Of a stretch of DNA of 54,465 nucleotides, positions 20,489-31,091 are shown piece after piece. The DNA is from Candidatus Parvarchaeota archaeon (GTDB taxonomy: Archaea > Nanobdellota > Nanobdellia > JAFCGN01): the NCBI GenBank assembly GCA_017608045.1, contig JAFCGN010000003.1, forward strand, positions 1 to 54,465. The letters run 5' to 3'. The notes under the pieces were generated by a model. It ran no database searches and was not told the origin of the DNA. It worked only from the letters and a program-made list of their open reading frames with translations. Each line of letters begins with the position of its first letter. Position 1 is the stretch's first letter. A program made the translations under genes and the position numbers.

Positions 20489-21433
20489 TTATCTTAATAA
20501 ATTTTCACTTTTAATTAATTTTTTTTTAATAAAACCAATAAAAACTGCAAATGATTGGAATATGTCAATAAATGGAACTAATAGGGAATATGGAAGGTAT
20601 TTTGCACCTGTGTTCTTTATTGTTCTTATTAAACTAAAGAAAAAAATAAATGCAAATGGAATTAAAAAATAACTGCTTAATAAAGAAAAAGGCAAGAGTA
20701 AGATACTAACACCATAAACTATAATCTTTATTAATGGTAGAAAATTTTTGCTTTCTTTAACATACTTTTCAATGCTTTTCCCATACCATATTCCTTGCTT
20801 CCATAATCTCTTAAAACTCTTAATATTACTATCCACTAATCTATATCCTTTCACAATTCCTATTTTTCTGCTTCTCTTTATCACTCTTATTGCTAAATCC
20901 CTGTCTTCACCAAAAACAAGTTTTTCATTGAATCCATTAACTTCATTTAAAATACTACGCCTATATATTTCAGGAAGATGTCTTCTTACATCACTGTATA
21001 TTCCAAAGCTTTTTATGTTTACAACAGAACGCAAGATTTCTTTATTCACTAATGGCAAATATTTTATTCTTGCACAATCAGTTTTTTTGTCAAAACTTTC
21101 AACCATTCTTGATAATAAAGTTTTGTCAAAAACTTCTTTACTTATATCAGCATCACTGAAAACAACGAATTCTCCGCGCGCTTTTTTTAATCCAAGATTT
21201 CTTGCCACAGCTGTTCCTTTTCCAATGTCATTTATTAAAGAAACTTTTTTTGTTTTTTTCATAATTTTTTTTATTATTTTTCTTGTATTATCTTTAGAAT
21301 CATCAACAATGATTATTTCTTTTTTTGGATAATCTTGATTAAGCCAATAATTTATGGCATTTTCTATATTCTTTTCTTCATTTCTGCTTGGTATTATTAT
21401 TGAAACAAGTCCTTTAACTTCTTTTGTTTTCAT
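20489..21433 (-). CDS. Glycosyltransferase family 2
   Basis: 'SIIIPSRNE', 'VDDS', 'SDAD' and 'GEDRDL'. Confidence 0.9.
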   Translation of the reverse strand: MKTKEVKGLVSIIIPSRNEEKNIENAINYWLNQDYPKKEIIIVDDSKDNTRKIIKKIMKKTKKVSLINDIGKGTAVARNLGLKKARGEFVVFSDADISKEVFDKTLLSRMVESFDKKTDCARIKYLPLVNKEILRSVVNIKSFGIYSDVRRHLPEIYRRSILNEVNGFNEKLVFGEDRDLAIRVIKRSRKIGIVKGYRLVDSNIKSFKRLWKQGIWYGKSIEKYVKESKNFLPLIKIIVYGVSILLLPFSLLSSYFLIPFAFIFFFSLIRTIKNTGAKYLPYSLLVPFIDIFQSFAVFIGFIKKKLIKSENLLR

Positions 21434-21507
21434 TAATTATTCTGAGTTAATCTGTTTTTTTAAATTTAATTAAATTAGCAAATTTTTTAATAATACTATT
21501 CTTTTTC

Positions 21508-22716
21508 ATGACTATGAAATTGCTTTATGTTACATCAAACGTAAGTATTCCAGGAACAAGTGGTGATGCAACACATGTTATAGAAGAATGCACTGCTCTT
21601 GCTAAACAAAGAATAGGAAAAGAACCTGTTGAAGTTTTTAATATCACTTATCAAAAAAAAGGCCAAAAAAACAAGGAAGTTATTAACAATTTTACAACAT
21701 ATAGGATTAAGAAAACAAAGTTTTTACCTCCTTTATTCTTGTTTTTTCAAACATTCCTTCTTTCTTTTTGGTTGATTTTAACTAAAAAAATTGATGTTGT
21801 TTATGAAAGAGGAAAGCTTTTTGGAGGAGGAGGATTATTAGCTGGTTTTTTAACTTTTAAAAAAAGATATCTTGAATTTAATGAACCCATAATTGATGCA
21901 TTAATTTTTGAAGGAAGATTAAAGAAAGGAAGTTTAAAGGAGAGAATCTTGTCATTTTGGATGAATTGGAACATTTGCATAAGCAATGCTGTAATTGGAA
22001 CTCATGAAAGTATTTTTAAAGGCATTAAAAAAAAGCATTTTATTATTCATTGGGGTGCAAACACTGAAAAATTTAATCCAAATAATGAAAAAGCAGAAAA
22101 AACAAAAAAAATCAAAAAAAAACTCAAATTAAATGGAATAACTTTTTATTATATTGGGAGTTTTGCACCATGGCATCTTGTTGAAAACATTGTTTTAGCA
22201 GGAGGAGATATTGTTAAAAAATATCCTAAAGTGAAATTTGTTTTAATTGGAAAAAAAGGAGAAAAAGGCAGGAAAGTTGAAGAATTAATCAAAAAAAATA
22301 AACTTGAAAAAAATTTTGTTCTCATTGAAAAAATCCCATACAAAGATGTTCCTTTTTGGACAGCTTCTTCAGATGCATGCCTTGCTCTTTTTGATGCAAA
22401 TTACCCTCCTTTCAAAAAGTTCAGTTTTTTTTATTCACCAATTAAAATTCATGAATATTTAGCAAGCGGGAAACCCGTAATAACTACGAACATTGGCAAT
22501 CTTAAAAAAATAATTAAAGACAATTATAATGGTTTATTAGTTAGTGGTAATGATTTAGATTCTTTAAAAAATGCAATGATTAAAATAATTAAAAACAAGA
22601 AATTAAGAGAGCAACTTTCAAAAAATGCAAGAATTTCTGCACTTAAAACATACTCATGGGATGTTGTTGCAAGGAAAACAATAAATTTTTTCACGCAAAA
22701 GAATCTAAGAAAATGA
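21508..22716 (+). CDS. Glycosyltransferase family 4
   Basis: 'YSPIKIHEYLASGKPVI' and 'YSWDVVA'. Confidence 0.9.
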   Translation: MTMKLLYVTSNVSIPGTSGDATHVIEECTALAKQRIGKEPVEVFNITYQKKGQKNKEVINNFTTYRIKKTKFLPPLFLFFQTFLLSFWLILTKKIDVVYERGKLFGGGGLLAGFLTFKKRYLEFNEPIIDALIFEGRLKKGSLKERILSFWMNWNICISNAVIGTHESIFKGIKKKHFIIHWGANTEKFNPNNEKAEKTKKIKKKLKLNGITFYYIGSFAPWHLVENIVLAGGDIVKKYPKVKFVLIGKKGEKGRKVEELIKKNKLEKNFVLIEKIPYKDVPFWTASSDACLALFDANYPPFKKFSFFYSPIKIHEYLASGKPVITTNIGNLKKIIKDNYNGLLVSGNDLDSLKNAMIKIIKNKKLREQLSKNARISALKTYSWDVVARKTINFFTQKNLRK

Positions 22717-22729
22717 CTATAAAAAATCT

Positions 22730-23836
22730 TTAAATTAAATTTTTCATAACTTCATAATATTCTTTGCTCGCATTTTTTAAGTCATGCTTCTTTTTCCATT
22801 CCTTGCAATTCTTTATTGATAATCTCTGTAATTCCTTGTTCTGCAAGACTTCAATAATCTTATTTCCTAATGCCTTTCCATCTTCGGGTTTGCATAAAAG
22901 TTTTTTTGGCAGAAAGTATTTTACCATTCCAATACTCCCACCAATAATTATTTTTTCAGCAGCAATATACTCCAAAAGTTTCATAGGACACCTTCCCTCA
23001 TCAATTTCCATGTTTTTCATAGGCATTAAACAAATATCACTTGAAAAAATATAATTTGGGACTTCTTCAAAATTTATCCAATTCGTAAATTTTACATTTT
23101 TTGAAACATTTTTTTCTTTTGCATAATTCTTGAATTTCTCTAATGCTTCCCCTCCTCCTACAACAAGGAGTTTCAAATTTTTGTTTTTTTTCAAACCATG
23201 CGCTAATGCCTCAATTGCTAAATCAACATCCGCATCTTTTGTTAAACTACCTATGTAAAACAACACTTTATCTTTTTTTAAATACCCTAATTCTTTTCGA
23301 ATATTTTTAGCATTTTTAAATCTCTCAGTTGGTATTCCAAAAGGAATTAATTTATATTTTCCATTTTTCCGCTTCTTTTTATCAAAAAATTTTTTATAAA
23401 GGAATTTGCTTGCGCAAATCACTCCATCACTTTTTTTAATAACAAATTTTTCAATAAATCCCATTACAAAACCCTGTAGTCTTCCATGTCTCTTTGTTGT
23501 AATCGCTTTTTCATAATCATCAATTAAAACACATGTTTTTTTTCTTTTTAGAAAACTTGCAAACAATGCAGGAAATCCAGTGTAAGGACTTGCCTTTATT
23601 ATCCAAAAAATATTGCTATCATCTTTTAGAAGTTTTTTAAATAATGAAAAACTTGCTTTTATCTTATTTCCTTTGCAAGAAACTACATTTTTTTCTTTCG
23701 TTTTTTTGTTATCAAAAATGTATAATTTGAATGGAATGCCCATTTTTTCAAATTCTCTTTTAATATACCTTATTTGTAATGTTGTTGCCGCATTATAATG
23801 AAAACCGCAGAAAGCACTTACTTTTATTTTTTCCAT
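22730..23836 (-). CDS. Glycosyltransferase family 4
   Basis: 'RCPMKLLEYIAA' and 'YIGSL'. Confidence 0.85.
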   Translation of the reverse strand: MEKIKVSAFCGFHYNAATTLQIRYIKREFEKMGIPFKLYIFDNKKTKEKNVVSCKGNKIKASFSLFKKLLKDDSNIFWIIKASPYTGFPALFASFLKRKKTCVLIDDYEKAITTKRHGRLQGFVMGFIEKFVIKKSDGVICASKFLYKKFFDKKKRKNGKYKLIPFGIPTERFKNAKNIRKELGYLKKDKVLFYIGSLTKDADVDLAIEALAHGLKKNKNLKLLVVGGGEALEKFKNYAKEKNVSKNVKFTNWINFEEVPNYIFSSDICLMPMKNMEIDEGRCPMKLLEYIAAEKIIIGGSIGMVKYFLPKKLLCKPEDGKALGNKIIEVLQNKELQRLSIKNCKEWKKKHDLKNASKEYYEVMKNLI

Positions 23837-23876
23837 AGAAAATCTTATTTAATCTTTATTTATAAATTTAATTTTA

Positions 23877-25406
23877 ATGACAAAAGAAGAAACAACACTT
23901 TTAGAGGATAAAGTTAAGACTTTTTTTAACAATGTTGTTAAAAGATTGACTTTTTTTGACTATGTTTTTATTTTTTTACTCATAATAATTGGTGTTTGGA
24001 AAATTTCTTTAATAAAACATTGTTTGTGGATAGATGAAGCAAGAGAGTTATTTATAACACGAAATTTTCTGAGAACAGGGCATTTCACTTTTTTTGGAGA
24101 AGAATACATGCAACATCCTTTCGGATTCTACATTTCATTAGCGCTTGCTTCTTTTTTTACAATGGGCTTGAAAGATGTAACAGGAGAAATTGTTGTTTTC
24201 ATTTTTGGACTAATTGGAATTATAATGACTTACTTGTTAGGCAAGGAATTGCGAAATAGGACAACAGGAATTATTGCATCTTTATTCGTGGCTTTTCAAC
24301 CAACATATGCTTTTATTTCTGGAAGAATTCTTAATGACGTGCCAATGATTTCAATGCTCATAACTGCTTTTTACTTTTTTTTAAGAGGAGAAAAAAGAAA
24401 TGAAATAAGAAGCACTTATTTAGCAGGGTTTTTTTCAGCATTAGCAATGCTTATGAAGATAAGTTCAATAGCAGTAATGCCAAGCATTGTTATATATCTT
24501 ATTTGGAAAAAAAAGTTAAAGTGGCTGAAAGAAAAAAAATATTGGATTATGTTTTTAGTTTTTATTTTAACATTCAGCACGTGGATTATAAGAAATATTG
24601 TTGTTGGAAAAGAATTTTTTCCATTCAGTCTATATTTTGGAAGGTTAGAACCTGGAGAACACACGCTTGATGTTGAACCTCCAACATATTATATAAAAAA
24701 TTTTATTCCAATGTTCAGTATTATATTAACAATTCTGTTCTTACTGAGCTTGTTTTTAGGTTTAATTAATTCTTATAAAAAACAAGAGCTTCTAATCATT
24801 TGGTTTTTTCTATTCTTTATTTTAATAACCTTGCAAACTGTTAAAGTGCCGAGGTACTTGCTTCCTGTTCTTCCAGCTATTGCTTTAATAAGCGCGTATA
24901 ACCTTGATTTAATTACAAATATTTTTAAAAAAAATCTTCTCATAAAATATGTTTTAATTATTTTTATACTAACATTGTATGTTGTGCCTAATTTTAAGTA
25001 TTCTACCACTCTTATTAAAGAAAGAGCAAGTGGTTTTTGCGGTTTAAAAGAAATGGGAGAATTATTGAATCTTATTACAAATCCAAACGAGACAATAATG
25101 TGCGCAAGCAATACGCAAATGCATTGGTATTCTGATAGAAATGTTGTAAGTTTCCCTGAAAATGAAACCAATTTTGATTCATTTATTGAGGAAAACAATG
25201 TGTCCTACATTGTAGTAGATATTTGGGAAAGAACAGCACCGAAATATGTTTTTAATAATGGTAAAATTTGGATGCCTTATTTTTTGAACAATTCAAAATA
25301 TCCTTTTACAGGATGGGCGTATCCCATCTCAAACAATACTTACGCAATTTTCATATATGGTGTTGCTAATAAAACATCATTTAATTTTTTGAATGAAACA
25401 CTATAA
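23877..25406 (+). CDS. GT-C glycosyltransferase (ArnT/PMT-like)
   Basis: 'LWIDEA', 'QHPFG', 'ILND' and 'PRYLLP'. Confidence 0.85.
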   Translation: MTKEETTLLEDKVKTFFNNVVKRLTFFDYVFIFLLIIIGVWKISLIKHCLWIDEARELFITRNFLRTGHFTFFGEEYMQHPFGFYISLALASFFTMGLKDVTGEIVVFIFGLIGIIMTYLLGKELRNRTTGIIASLFVAFQPTYAFISGRILNDVPMISMLITAFYFFLRGEKRNEIRSTYLAGFFSALAMLMKISSIAVMPSIVIYLIWKKKLKWLKEKKYWIMFLVFILTFSTWIIRNIVVGKEFFPFSLYFGRLEPGEHTLDVEPPTYYIKNFIPMFSIILTILFLLSLFLGLINSYKKQELLIIWFFLFFILITLQTVKVPRYLLPVLPAIALISAYNLDLITNIFKKNLLIKYVLIIFILTLYVVPNFKYSTTLIKERASGFCGLKEMGELLNLITNPNETIMCASNTQMHWYSDRNVVSFPENETNFDSFIEENNVSYIVVDIWERTAPKYVFNNGKIWMPYFLNNSKYPFTGWAYPISNNTYAIFIYGVANKTSFNFLNETL

Positions 25407-25452
25407 CTTATTGTTCAATAAAATTAAATATTAATTATGTCAATTATTCAAT

Positions 25453-26268
25453 ATGGTTTTAGAATCTTTGATTAACCCTTACCAAGCAAAGAAAAGTCCA
25501 ACAAGTTTGTTTTTGCTCGGATTATTGTATTCAACATTTGCAGTTTTGCTTTCGCTTACAATTTTTCCTGAAGACCCTTCACTAACAATCGTTTTTTTGA
25601 CTGTTATGGGAGCACTCCCTCTTTTTGTGAACACAATAAAATCTGAACAAAGAAAAGATTATAGAAGAGTTCCTTTAATCAAAGAGCATACAGACATTTT
25701 TCTTGTATTCCTCTTTCTTTTTCTTGGAATTCTTTTTGGTTATATATTCTGGGATTCCATTCTCCCAAACCAATTATTCATGGTTCAAGAAAAAACAATT
25801 GAATCAATTAATAATGAATTTTCTTCACAAATTGCATTTACAGGCAGTGCTGTTAATTTGAAAGCGTTTTCAATTATTTTGTTAAACAATATTAAGGTTC
25901 TTGCATTTTGTTTTCTTTTTTCTTTCCTTTATGGAAGCGGAGCATTATATATTCTTACGTGGAATGCAAGCGTGATTGCAACAGCAATAAGTCAATTAAT
26001 ACAGAGTGAGATGATTGCTCTTGCACCATCATTAATTAATTATTTTAAAGCAATTAATGTTGGCTTAGGCTCTTATTTAATTCATGGCATACCAGAAATA
26101 CTTTCTTATTTTATTGCAGCAGTTGCAGGCGGTATTATTAGTGCAGCAGTAATAAGACATGATTACAAGAGCAAAGAATTTAAAAATACATTAATTGATA
26201 GTATTGATTTAATAGCCATGTCATTAATTATATTATTAGTGGCAGGATTTATTGAAATCATAATTTAA
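25453..26268 (+). CDS. SpoIIM/DUF95-family membrane protein
   Basis: 'IILLNNIKV', 'WNASVI' and 'HGIPEI'. Confidence 0.8.
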   Translation: MVLESLINPYQAKKSPTSLFLLGLLYSTFAVLLSLTIFPEDPSLTIVFLTVMGALPLFVNTIKSEQRKDYRRVPLIKEHTDIFLVFLFLFLGILFGYIFWDSILPNQLFMVQEKTIESINNEFSSQIAFTGSAVNLKAFSIILLNNIKVLAFCFLFSFLYGSGALYILTWNASVIATAISQLIQSEMIALAPSLINYFKAINVGLGSYLIHGIPEILSYFIAAVAGGIISAAVIRHDYKSKEFKNTLIDSIDLIAMSLIILLVAGFIEIII

Positions 26269-26279
26269 GGTGTGTTTTT

Positions 26280-29153
26280 TTGGAAGAAAAGAAAAACGAT
26301 GACTTGGAAGAATTAACTTTAAAGGATTTAAGAAATAATCAATTATTAATTGGTTTTTTCTTACTTATTATAAGCTTTATTCTTTATTTTGTAAAAGATG
26401 TTTATGGTGTGATTCTTGGCATTGTTTCTTTAATACTTATTATTGCATCCAAGGAATCCATAAATTTGATAGCATCTTTTATTGAAGAAGATGCAAAAAA
26501 AGAGAAAAAAGTAATTAAGAAAAATCAAGAAATCGCAAAAATTGCAAAAGAAATAAAAGAAGAAATAAAAGAAGAAGTTAATGAAGACGAAGAGTTTGAT
26601 TTGAAAAGAATTATTGATTTTTTTACGCAAAACAAAAAAAGAGTTTTTTATTTTTTGATGATAATTATTGTTTTTGTTGGTTTTTTCATAAGAATAAGCA
26701 ACTTAAAAAACTTAGATGATAAATTGCTTGGGTTAGACCCTTACATTTTTTATAGATATGCTAATTATGTAGTGAATGATGGAAGAATTCCTGCAAATGA
26801 TACACTGAGGTATTATCCTTTTGGATTTAATACAAGACTTGAAGGAACATTGCATTCTTATGTTATTGCATACTCCTATGAAGTTTTAAAAAATTTTTTT
26901 CCGTTGAAATACTTTTTTCCAAACCTGACATTAATGAGGGTTATGCAACTTTATCCAGCGTTTTCTGCTTTGCTTGCATTCATTGTTTTTTTCTTTTTGG
27001 TTCAAGAATTATTTTCTAACTATTACATATCCTTGACAGCAACTGCTTTTTTAACAGTTACACACGGATTCTTGTTTAGAACATCTGCAGGCTTTGCTGA
27101 TAAAGAACCTATTGCGATTCTGCTCATTTTTTTGTCTTTTTTCTTTTATGTAAAATCTTTAAAAACAATAGGAAAGAAGAAGTATTTATACGCTTTTCTT
27201 GCAGGATTATCAACAGGTTCTTGTGGGTTGTCTTGGGGTGGAATAATCTTTGTTTTTATGAGTATTAGTTTGTATGCTTTGTTTGAGATTGCGTTTGACA
27301 GATTATCAAAAGAGAATTTATACGCATTTTTGATTTGGTTTTCAATTTTATCTCCCATGTTCATTTTTATGACTGACAGGTATGGAGGTCTTGATTTCCT
27401 CCAAAATTTTATGGTAGTTCCTGTTGTTTTTGCTATGTTCTCAGGAGTTTTCAGAGAGTTTGTTTATAACAAATTTTTAAGAAAATATTTTGATAAAAAA
27501 TTCAATAAGATTCCAACAGGCATAATTGTTTTTTCATTATCATTAATTCTTGGAATCCTTTTTTCAATTGTTTTTTTTGGACCAAATTATTTAGTAAGAA
27601 ATCTTAAATCTGCTTTAACTATTTTTGAAGTAGGAGAGAGAACAGTTCATGCGGAAACAGTATCTGAGAACATAGAACCTTTTTTCATAAGTGATTCAAC
27701 ATCTACAACTTGGACAGCATCAATAAACTTGTTTATTCTTCTTGCTTATATTGTTGGTATTTTTTATTTAACTAAGGACTTGTTCAATAAATTTAAAGAG
27801 TATAAGTCTCTTCTAGCCTCATTCATGCTTTTGTTCATAATAACTCTTTTTTTGACAAATTTCAGTGATGAACCAAAATTTTCTTGGATAAACGATTATT
27901 TTGGGAAATCATATCTTTTAATGTTTGGCATTTTTATTGCTGTTTTGTTTTACTTTTATTCTAAAGTGTGGAAACACAAGAAAAGATTGAATTCCTTGAA
28001 ACCAGAATGGTTGCTTTTAATAATGTGGTCCTTGCTTTCAATTCTTGCAGGAAGAACTGCTGTCAGAAATATTTTTTCAGCAACACCTCCAATTGTGATA
28101 ATCGCATCCTATTTCTTAATAAAACTTGAAGAAATTGTAAGAAGTTCTATAAAAGACAGGTTTTATATTAATGTAACAAGAGCTCTTTTAATTCTTTTAA
28201 TTATTTCTATTTATTTTTATGAGGGTTTCGGGACAAACCAAAAAAATCCAGGAGCATATTACATAGTTAGTGAGGGTTATCATCCAAGCGTCATACCTGA
28301 TTTGGAAAAAGCATTTGAATGGATAAAAAACAATACTCCTCAAGATGCTGTATTCTTTCATTGGTGGGATTATGGGTATTGGATACAGGCAATCGCAAAT
28401 AGAACAACAGTTCTTGATGGCGGAAATTTTGAAGCACCAAATTATGCTGCAGAACATTTTTTCACAAGCAATAATTCAGAAGAATATGTTCAAGTGCTTG
28501 AGCATTACAATAAACCTGATTACTTACTCTTCGTTGATGATGACATCCCTAAATTTGCAGCAATAGCAAAAATAGGCTTAAAGAACATATGGTATTCTGT
28601 TTATACTATAAAAGGTGTTCAAGAAAATACAATACCTAATGAGGAAGCATATCAACAAATGATTGTTTATGATCCTTCAAGTTATGCAAAACTTTCTGAA
28701 GACCTTATAATTAATAATCAATTGTTTAGCAAGGATTCAAGTTATATTGTGAGTATTCTTGTTCCAATTAATAATACTAATATTGGAGAACCCTATGCTT
28801 ACGTCATAGACACTGAAAGAAAAGCAGGAACATTATTACCGTTTAATTATGCATGCAAAAAAAATGTTGGATGCAAAAAAATAATTGATGAAGGAGTGCC
28901 TGAAGGGATTTTTGTTTTAACAGAAATGAATGCAACGAATGCAACAAAAATTCCTCAAAGCTTTATTATTATTCCAGAAATTGGAATGAATATGATAACT
29001 ACAAGACTTTTAATATTTAATGAAAGTGTTCCTGGCTTTGATTTAGTGTATGATAACGGAGTTAAAATGGATGCTCAAAGCGTGTTAAGTGATTCAAAAA
29101 CAAATGTGCGCATATGGAAAATCAATTATGATTATTTGGAGGGAGAAGAATGA
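26280..29153 (+). CDS. aglB: Oligosaccharyltransferase AglB (STT3)
   Basis: 'GLDPY', 'AGFADKE' and 'WWDYG' (28362-28376); TTG start after AAGGTG. Confidence 0.95.
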   Translation: MEEKKNDDLEELTLKDLRNNQLLIGFFLLIISFILYFVKDVYGVILGIVSLILIIASKESINLIASFIEEDAKKEKKVIKKNQEIAKIAKEIKEEIKEEVNEDEEFDLKRIIDFFTQNKKRVFYFLMIIIVFVGFFIRISNLKNLDDKLLGLDPYIFYRYANYVVNDGRIPANDTLRYYPFGFNTRLEGTLHSYVIAYSYEVLKNFFPLKYFFPNLTLMRVMQLYPAFSALLAFIVFFFLVQELFSNYYISLTATAFLTVTHGFLFRTSAGFADKEPIAILLIFLSFFFYVKSLKTIGKKKYLYAFLAGLSTGSCGLSWGGIIFVFMSISLYALFEIAFDRLSKENLYAFLIWFSILSPMFIFMTDRYGGLDFLQNFMVVPVVFAMFSGVFREFVYNKFLRKYFDKKFNKIPTGIIVFSLSLILGILFSIVFFGPNYLVRNLKSALTIFEVGERTVHAETVSENIEPFFISDSTSTTWTASINLFILLAYIVGIFYLTKDLFNKFKEYKSLLASFMLLFIITLFLTNFSDEPKFSWINDYFGKSYLLMFGIFIAVLFYFYSKVWKHKKRLNSLKPEWLLLIMWSLLSILAGRTAVRNIFSATPPIVIIASYFLIKLEEIVRSSIKDRFYINVTRALLILLIISIYFYEGFGTNQKNPGAYYIVSEGYHPSVIPDLEKAFEWIKNNTPQDAVFFHWWDYGYWIQAIANRTTVLDGGNFEAPNYAAEHFFTSNNSEEYVQVLEHYNKPDYLLFVDDDIPKFAAIAKIGLKNIWYSVYTIKGVQENTIPNEEAYQQMIVYDPSSYAKLSEDLIINNQLFSKDSSYIVSILVPINNTNIGEPYAYVIDTERKAGTLLPFNYACKKNVGCKKIIDEGVPEGIFVLTEMNATNATKIPQSFIIIPEIGMNMITTRLLIFNESVPGFDLVYDNGVKMDAQSVLSDSKTNVRIWKINYDYLEGEE

Positions 29154-30172
29154 TTGAATTAGTTATTACTTTAATCCTATCTTTCTTCATTGTTCTCATA
29201 GTTGGGGAATCTTTAATCAATTTTTTAAAGAATGCAGGCATTATTGGTGTTGATCAACAAAAAAAAAATAAACCAGTGCTACCTACAAGCGGTGGTTTGA
29301 TTATTGCAGTTTCTTTTGTTCTTTCTGTTTTCATTTTTATTACACTTAATACTTTCTTATTAAAGAGAGAATTAAATCTTCTTGAAGTCTTTGCAGTAAC
29401 AAGTTCTGTTCTTGTCATAACATTCATAGGATTAGTGGATGACATGGCAGTTGAAAAGAAAAAAATAAAGAATAAAGGTTTAAAGGATTACAGGAAGGGG
29501 CTTAGTCAAAGATTGAAACCAGCACTAACTTTTTTTGGAGCAGTGCCTCTTATGGCTGTTGCTGTTGGAACCACAACAATGAATTTTCCAATTATTGGAG
29601 CTGTTAATTTTGGAGTGTTATTCCCTCTCGTAATTGTTCCGTTAGCTGTTGTGTTTGTTAGCAATGCTTATAATATGTATGCTGGCTTGAATGGGTTGTC
29701 AGAGGGTTTAGGAATTGTTATTTTTATGAGTTCAGGAATTTTTTCAATTTTAAATAATGAGTTCGAAGCCGCACTCATTAGTTTCACAGTTGTTGGAGCC
29801 TTAATTGCGTATCTTAAGTATGGGTGGTATCCTGCTAAAATCCTTGTTGGAGATTCCATGACTTATTTGTTAGGTGCTTTATTTGTTTCAGTAGCTGTTG
29901 TAGGAAATATAGAAAAATTCTCTGCCTTATGCTTTACTCCATGGATTATTGAATTCATTCTTAAAGCAAGAAGCGGGTTTAAAGCAAGAAGTTTAGGGGA
30001 TTTACAAAAAGATGGAACACTAAAAGCTCCTTATGAAAAAATTTATTCAATGACTCACATTCCAATGAAGTTGTTTAAGATAACAGAAGAAAAAGCAACT
30101 CTTTTTTTAATTGGAATACAAATTATTGTGTGCTTGACTTCTTTTTTCTTGTCAATTCTTAAAATTATTTAA
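29150..30172 (+). CDS. aglH: UDP-GlcNAc:dolichol-P GlcNAc-1-phosphotransferase (MraY/GPT family)
   Basis: 'GLVDD', 'NAYNMYAGLNGL' and 'ILVGDS'; ATGA overlap with aglB. Confidence 0.85.
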   Translation: MIELVITLILSFFIVLIVGESLINFLKNAGIIGVDQQKKNKPVLPTSGGLIIAVSFVLSVFIFITLNTFLLKRELNLLEVFAVTSSVLVITFIGLVDDMAVEKKKIKNKGLKDYRKGLSQRLKPALTFFGAVPLMAVAVGTTTMNFPIIGAVNFGVLFPLVIVPLAVVFVSNAYNMYAGLNGLSEGLGIVIFMSSGIFSILNNEFEAALISFTVVGALIAYLKYGWYPAKILVGDSMTYLLGALFVSVAVVGNIEKFSALCFTPWIIEFILKARSGFKARSLGDLQKDGTLKAPYEKIYSMTHIPMKLFKITEEKATLFLIGIQIIVCLTSFFLSILKII

Positions 30173-30221
30173 ACCTGGAATTTACTAAACTTTATAAGAA
30201 TCAGGTTTTAATCAATAAATT

Positions 30222-31091
30222 ATGCATTCAGTTATTATAAGATACAGTGAGCTTGGATTGAAAAGCAATTTTGTGAGAAAAATGTTTGAAAAAAAATTAG
30301 TTGAGAACTTAAAAAAACATTTTCATAAAGAAGGAGCAGTTTTTGAAAAAATACTAAGATTTCATTCAAGAATAGTTATTTTAACAAGAAATCCAAGAAA
30401 GATTATGAAAATTTCATTAAATACTTTTGGTGTAAAAAATGTTTCAATTTCAAAAAGGATTTCAAATGATTTAGAAGTTATTAAGAAAGAAAGTGCAAAT
30501 CTTTTGAAAAAAAGAAAGTTTAAAACATTTAGAATAACTACTCAAAGAATTTACAAGAAATATCCTTACACTAGCATGGAAGTAAATAAGGAAGTTGGAG
30601 CATATATTTTAAAGAAAATCAATAAAGCAAGAGTAAGACTTGAGAATCCAAACATAAATATTGGAATAGAAATCCTGGAAAAAGATGCTTTTCTATTTTT
30701 TGAAAAGAAAAAAGGAGTAGGTGGTTTGCCTGTTGGTGTGGAAGGAAGGGTTTTGTGTTTAATTCAAAACAATAGGCAAGCGAGTTTGAAAGATAGCATA
30801 ATAAGTGCTTTACTTCTTATGAGAAGAGGGTGTTCTATTGATGTTGTTAGTTTGAACAAAAAATACGAAATAGGTGTTTTAAAAAAATTTTCTCCTGAAA
30901 AAATAAATTATTTTGTTTCTGCTAAATCAAAATTAAATGACTTAGTTAAGGAATATGATGCATTTGTTACAGGAGAAAAAATTAATAATTTGAAAGAATG
31001 GCATAAAATTGATGACATTATTGAAGCAATTGTTTTAAGACCTTTATGCGTTGTTCCTCGTTCTTATTTTGAAAAAATTTTCAAAATTTAA
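30222..31091 (+). CDS. thiI: ThiI-like THUMP-domain protein with degenerate PP-loop
   Basis: 'IIRYSELGLKS...FEKKL', THUMP region, 'GGLPVG' and 'LRPL'; the SGGxDS motif is disrupted. Confidence 0.75.
   Translation: MHSVIIRYSELGLKSNFVRKMFEKKLVENLKKHFHKEGAVFEKILRFHSRIVILTRNPRKIMKISLNTFGVKNVSISKRISNDLEVIKKESANLLKKRKFKTFRITTQRIYKKYPYTSMEVNKEVGAYILKKINKARVRLENPNINIGIEILEKDAFLFFEKKKGVGGLPVGVEGRVLCLIQNNRQASLKDSIISALLLMRRGCSIDVVSLNKKYEIGVLKKFSPEKINYFVSAKSKLNDLVKEYDAFVTGEKINNLKEWHKIDDIIEAIVLRPLCVVPRSYFEKIFKI

Noticed and set aside
8980-29270. Poly-A/poly-T tracts (8-10 nt) in glycosylation genes as phase-variation switches
   Set aside because: Such runs are frequent everywhere in this AT-rich sequence, and the genes carrying them are in frame.
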